From Dendrobates tinctorius (lineage: Eukaryota), in contig NW_027361850.1 of NCBI RefSeq assembly GCF_039654945.1, forward strand, positions 9,114,001-9,178,000: DNA of 64,000 bases, written 5' to 3'. Under the pieces are notes generated by a model that was given only the letters and a program-made list of their open reading frames with translations, did not search any database and was not told the origin of the DNA. Both the position numbers and the translations under genes were made by a program. Positions 61,045-64,000 of the stretch are shown one piece after another. Within the stretch, counting starts at the first letter, position 1. Each line of letters starts with the position of its first letter.

Positions 61045-61790
61045 GATGGGGGGGTGTTAATGTGTGGCGATGGGGTTAATGCGTGGAGATGAGGTTAATG
61101 TGGGGATGGGGTTAATGGATGGGGGTTAATGAGTGGGGGGTTAAAGAGTGGGGATGGGGGTTACTGTGTGGGGGGTAAAGAGTGGGGATGGGGGTTAATG
61201 TGTGGGGGGTTAATGAGTGGGGATGGGGGTTAATGTGTGGGGGGTTAATGAGTGGGGATGGGGGTTATTGAGTGGGGATGGAATTAATTTGTGGAGGGTT
61301 AATGAGTGGGGATGGAATTAATGTCTGGGGGTTAATGAGTGGGGATGGGGGTTAATGTGTGGGGGGTTAATGAGTGGGGATGGGGGTTATTGAGTGGGGG
61401 ATGGAATTAATTTGTGGAGGGTTAATGAGTGGGGACGGAATTAATGTCTGGGGGGTTAATGAGTGGGGATGGGGGTTATTGTTTGGGGGGGTTAATGAGT
61501 AGGGATGGGGGTTATTTAATGTGTGGGGGATTTGGAGTGGGGATGGGGTTAATGTGTGGGGGATTTGGAGTGGGGGGTACATAATGTGTGGGGGGGATTT
61601 GGGAGTGGGGATGGGGGTTATTTAATGTGTGGGGGATTTGGAGTGGGGATGGGGTTAAAGTGTGGGGGATTTGGAGTGGGGGGTACATAATGTGTGGGGG
61701 GATTTGGGAGTGGGGATGGGGGGTTATTTAATGTGTGTGAGGGATTTGGAGTGGGGATGGGGGGATTTAATGTGTGTGTGGAGATTTGAG
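61045..61790 (+). repeat. G-rich minisatellite (TTAATG(A/T)GTGGGG(ATGGGG))
   Basis: Dozens of G4-G6 runs with short spacers. Confidence 0.9.
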
Positions 61791-62252
61791 GACACAGAGT
61801 ATGTATGAGGAAACAGTATGGGGGTTGGGTGCAGACAGTATGGGGAGCGAACGGGTTAATGTATGTGGACACAGTATAGGGAGTCAGGGGTATGTGTGAG
61901 CAGACAGTATAGAGAGTGAGGGGGTAAATATATGATGAGACAGTATGGTGAACAGAGGGATGTTAGGAGGGAGGGGAATAGTGTGAGGCCACAGTATATT
62001 GCAGATATTTGTATTTAGGGGCATTATAATGACACTTCTATCTTTAAGGGCATCGTGTGGAGATTTGCTGCAGAAGACCGGAGAATATGGAAGTCTGCAG
62101 AGACAAGATGTGGGTGAGAAAACTCATCATGGGGTTTGGACAAGAAGAAGAAAAGGAGAACGACTCCAGAGATGACGTCATCTATAAGGTACTTGGATGT
62201 AAATGTTATTTGTGCTACTGACTTATTCTCATGTTTTTATTTGTTAGTAACA

Positions 62253-62645
62253 TTAAAGGGGTTGTCCAGGTTTGTACGGAGTCTGCAGTCATTCTATGTG
62301 ACTGCAGATGTCTGAATTCTCACAGTGCGCACTGAACGCTGTTAGGATTCTCTCATGCTGGTAATTTACATACATGCGGTCACATGCTGACTAGACATGT
62401 GTGGCCTCACTCAATGAAAATGATCGGAGCAAGGCCGGGCACGTCTAGTCGGAGTGTGGCCAGAAGTAAATAAATCACATGCTTGTGCTGACATGACTGT
62501 ACATCGGCAAGGGAGAATCCTAAAAGTGTGCAGTGCATTTGTTGTGAGAATTCAGAAGCTGCAATGTCAGGATTCAGCTCTGCAGGTTCCAGTAGTCATC
62601 ACACGGACACTTCACTCATATGCGATTTTCATACTTGACAACGAG
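62253..62645. mobile_element. Degenerate TTAA/AGG (Kolobok/T2-type) MITE nested in the hAT element
   Basis: TTAAAGGGGTTGTCC left end; inverted arms CTGAATTCTCACA..TAGGATTCTC / GAGAATCCTA..TGTGAGAATTCAG; right end decayed. Confidence 0.5.
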
Positions 62646-63079
62646 CTTCTCTTCCTGCTTACAGTTTTTTACTGAACATTGAGAGCATTAGGGAGAGCAG
62701 CTCGTGGGTACATGGCTAAGAGTGCAAATCGCATATGTACTTGGGGGGGGAGGTCGCCGAACCAAATTCTTCCCCGGGTGCCAGGAAGCCTAGATACGCC
62801 TCTGATCACGAAGGATGGGTTTTAAGGATGATTTTACATATAACCACACGCCTCCCCCTCGCTTATTTGTTCGGTCATTTCTGAACAGACTATAGCCCTG
62901 TAAATTAACCGCCCAGTCGTGGCTCTCATCCAGCCATGTCTCAGATATCCCCACCATGTCATAATTATATTCCAACAACATTAACTCCAATTCCTCCATT
63001 TTGTTGGCAAGGCTTCTGGCATTAGTATACATGCACTTTATGTATCTCTCTGTACCTCTATTCTTTCTTAAATTATAAG

Positions 63080-63400
63080 TGATCTGCGAGCATAAAGACA
63101 CTTGTTAAGCTACTATACAAAGGATAACAAAAGCTTTCAGGCCTTTATACTTACTGGGAAAACTGAAGTTGTTCCTATGCGGATCTGATGCGGCCTGTAG
63201 GGTCTCCTGCGGTGTGTGGCTGCTGCGACTCTGCAGTACTTTCTGAACCGATCTGCAAGTATAAGGACACTTGTTAAGCTACTATACAAAGGATATCACA
63301 AGCTTTCAGGCCTTTATACTTACTGGGAAAACTGAAGTTGTTCCTATGCGGATCTGATGCGGCCTGTAGGGTCTCCTGCGGTGTGTGGCTGCTGCTGCGT
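63080..63400. repeat. ~180-bp tandem duplication
   Basis: GACACTTGTTAAGCTACTATACAAAGGAT..GTGTGGCTGCTGC occurs twice. Confidence 0.85.
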
Positions 63401-63549
63401 GCTTCCTGAAATTATATGAAAGTGAAAAAAAAATGTAAATAACATAAAAAAAGAAATCTTTATTGGTATGTAATGTGTGTAATTCCCTGAAACTAAGTAT
63501 ACGCACAGTTTTAAGTGTTTGCATGTGTAAATTCCCTTACAATCTCTCA

Positions 63550-64000
63550 CTGAGAGTGTAACCACAGTGATTGCAGGTGTGTAATTCCTGTGTATACCCA
63601 CACTGTGTGTTGCATGTGTTTGAATTCCCTGAAAAAGTGTAACCGAGTGTAACCACAGTGATTGAAGGTGTGTAATTGCTATGTATACCCACACTTTGTG
63701 TTTGCATGTGTTTGAAATCCCTGAAAAACTCTCACAGAGAGTGTAACCACAGTGATTGCAGGTGTGTAATTGCTATGCATACCCACACTTTGTGTTTGCA
63801 TGTGTTTGAATTCCCTGAAAAAATCTCAGAGAACAGTGATTGAAGATATGTAATCCCACACTTTGTGTTTGCATGTGTTGGAATTCCCTGAAAAAGTGTA
63901 ACCGAGTGTAACCACAGTGATTGAAGGTGTGTAATTGCTATGTATACCCACACTTTGTGTTTGCATGTGTTTGAATTCCCTGAAAAAATCTCAGAGAACA
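63550..64000. repeat. ~93-bp tandem repeat running off the window
   Basis: GAGTGTAACCACAGTGATTG..CCCACACTTTGTGTTTGCATGTGTTTGAATTCCCTGAAAA units. Confidence 0.85.

Larger units (their letters stand above)
60661..62804. mobile_element. Non-autonomous hAT element inserted in the CR1 endonuclease domain
   Basis: TIRs CAGGGGCGTATCTAGG / CCTAGATACGCCTCTG; perfect 8-bp TSD ATCACGAA (60653-60660, 62805-62812). Confidence 0.92.
57907..63075 (-). mobile_element. CR1 LINE (ORF2: APE endonuclease and RT, frameshifted), 5'-truncated
   Basis: CMYTNARSLANK..GISETW, MGDFNYP, NYRPVSLTS, GVPQGSVLG, FADD, LYKSLVRPHLEYC, RLWNSLP; CR1-like 3' tail TAACATAG..GGTTGAA..TTCAACC. Confidence 0.95.
53065..64000. mobile_element. 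Autonomous-type PIF/Harbinger transposon (decayed); right end probably beyond the window
   Basis: Left TIR GGCCTGTTCCACACT, subterminal ACGGATCC repeats, convergent transposase (+) and Myb/MADF (-) genes. Confidence 0.8.

Overview
This is eukaryotic DNA made almost entirely of nested transposable elements, with no recognisable host gene. The repeat repertoire points to a frog genome; that assignment is inference. Contents from left to right: a Gypsy LTR (1-979), Harbinger and TTAA-type MITEs, an RT-deleted DIRS1 element with intact ITRs and ICR (6.6-10.8 kb), a 3.1-kb fold-back hAT element, and an old chromovirus-type Gypsy (A) interrupted by a minisatellite-bearing hAT MITE and a second Gypsy (B). 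B is itself interrupted by a Penelope-like element (PLE), a 2.4-kb solo LTR and a 415-bp multimeric insert. Next come a PNMA-gag-type Gypsy (E) split by an intact, apparently self-priming chromovirus (D, one 1486-aa ORF), several PLE pseudo-LTR remnants with minimal hammerhead ribozyme motifs, an LTR element with a tRNA-Ser-type PBS, and a decayed PIF/Harbinger (transposase plus MADF-BESS gene) holding a palindromic MITE and a CR1 LINE. The best candidate for an undescribed system is 30367-32616: about 5.4 near-identical copies of a non-coding 415-nt unit with a 14-bp target duplication, twin-priming inversion geometry and no poly(A). It resembles a retrozyme-like or circular RNA copied by target-primed, possibly rolling-circle, reverse transcription, but it has no canonical hammerhead and carries a structured core I cannot assign.
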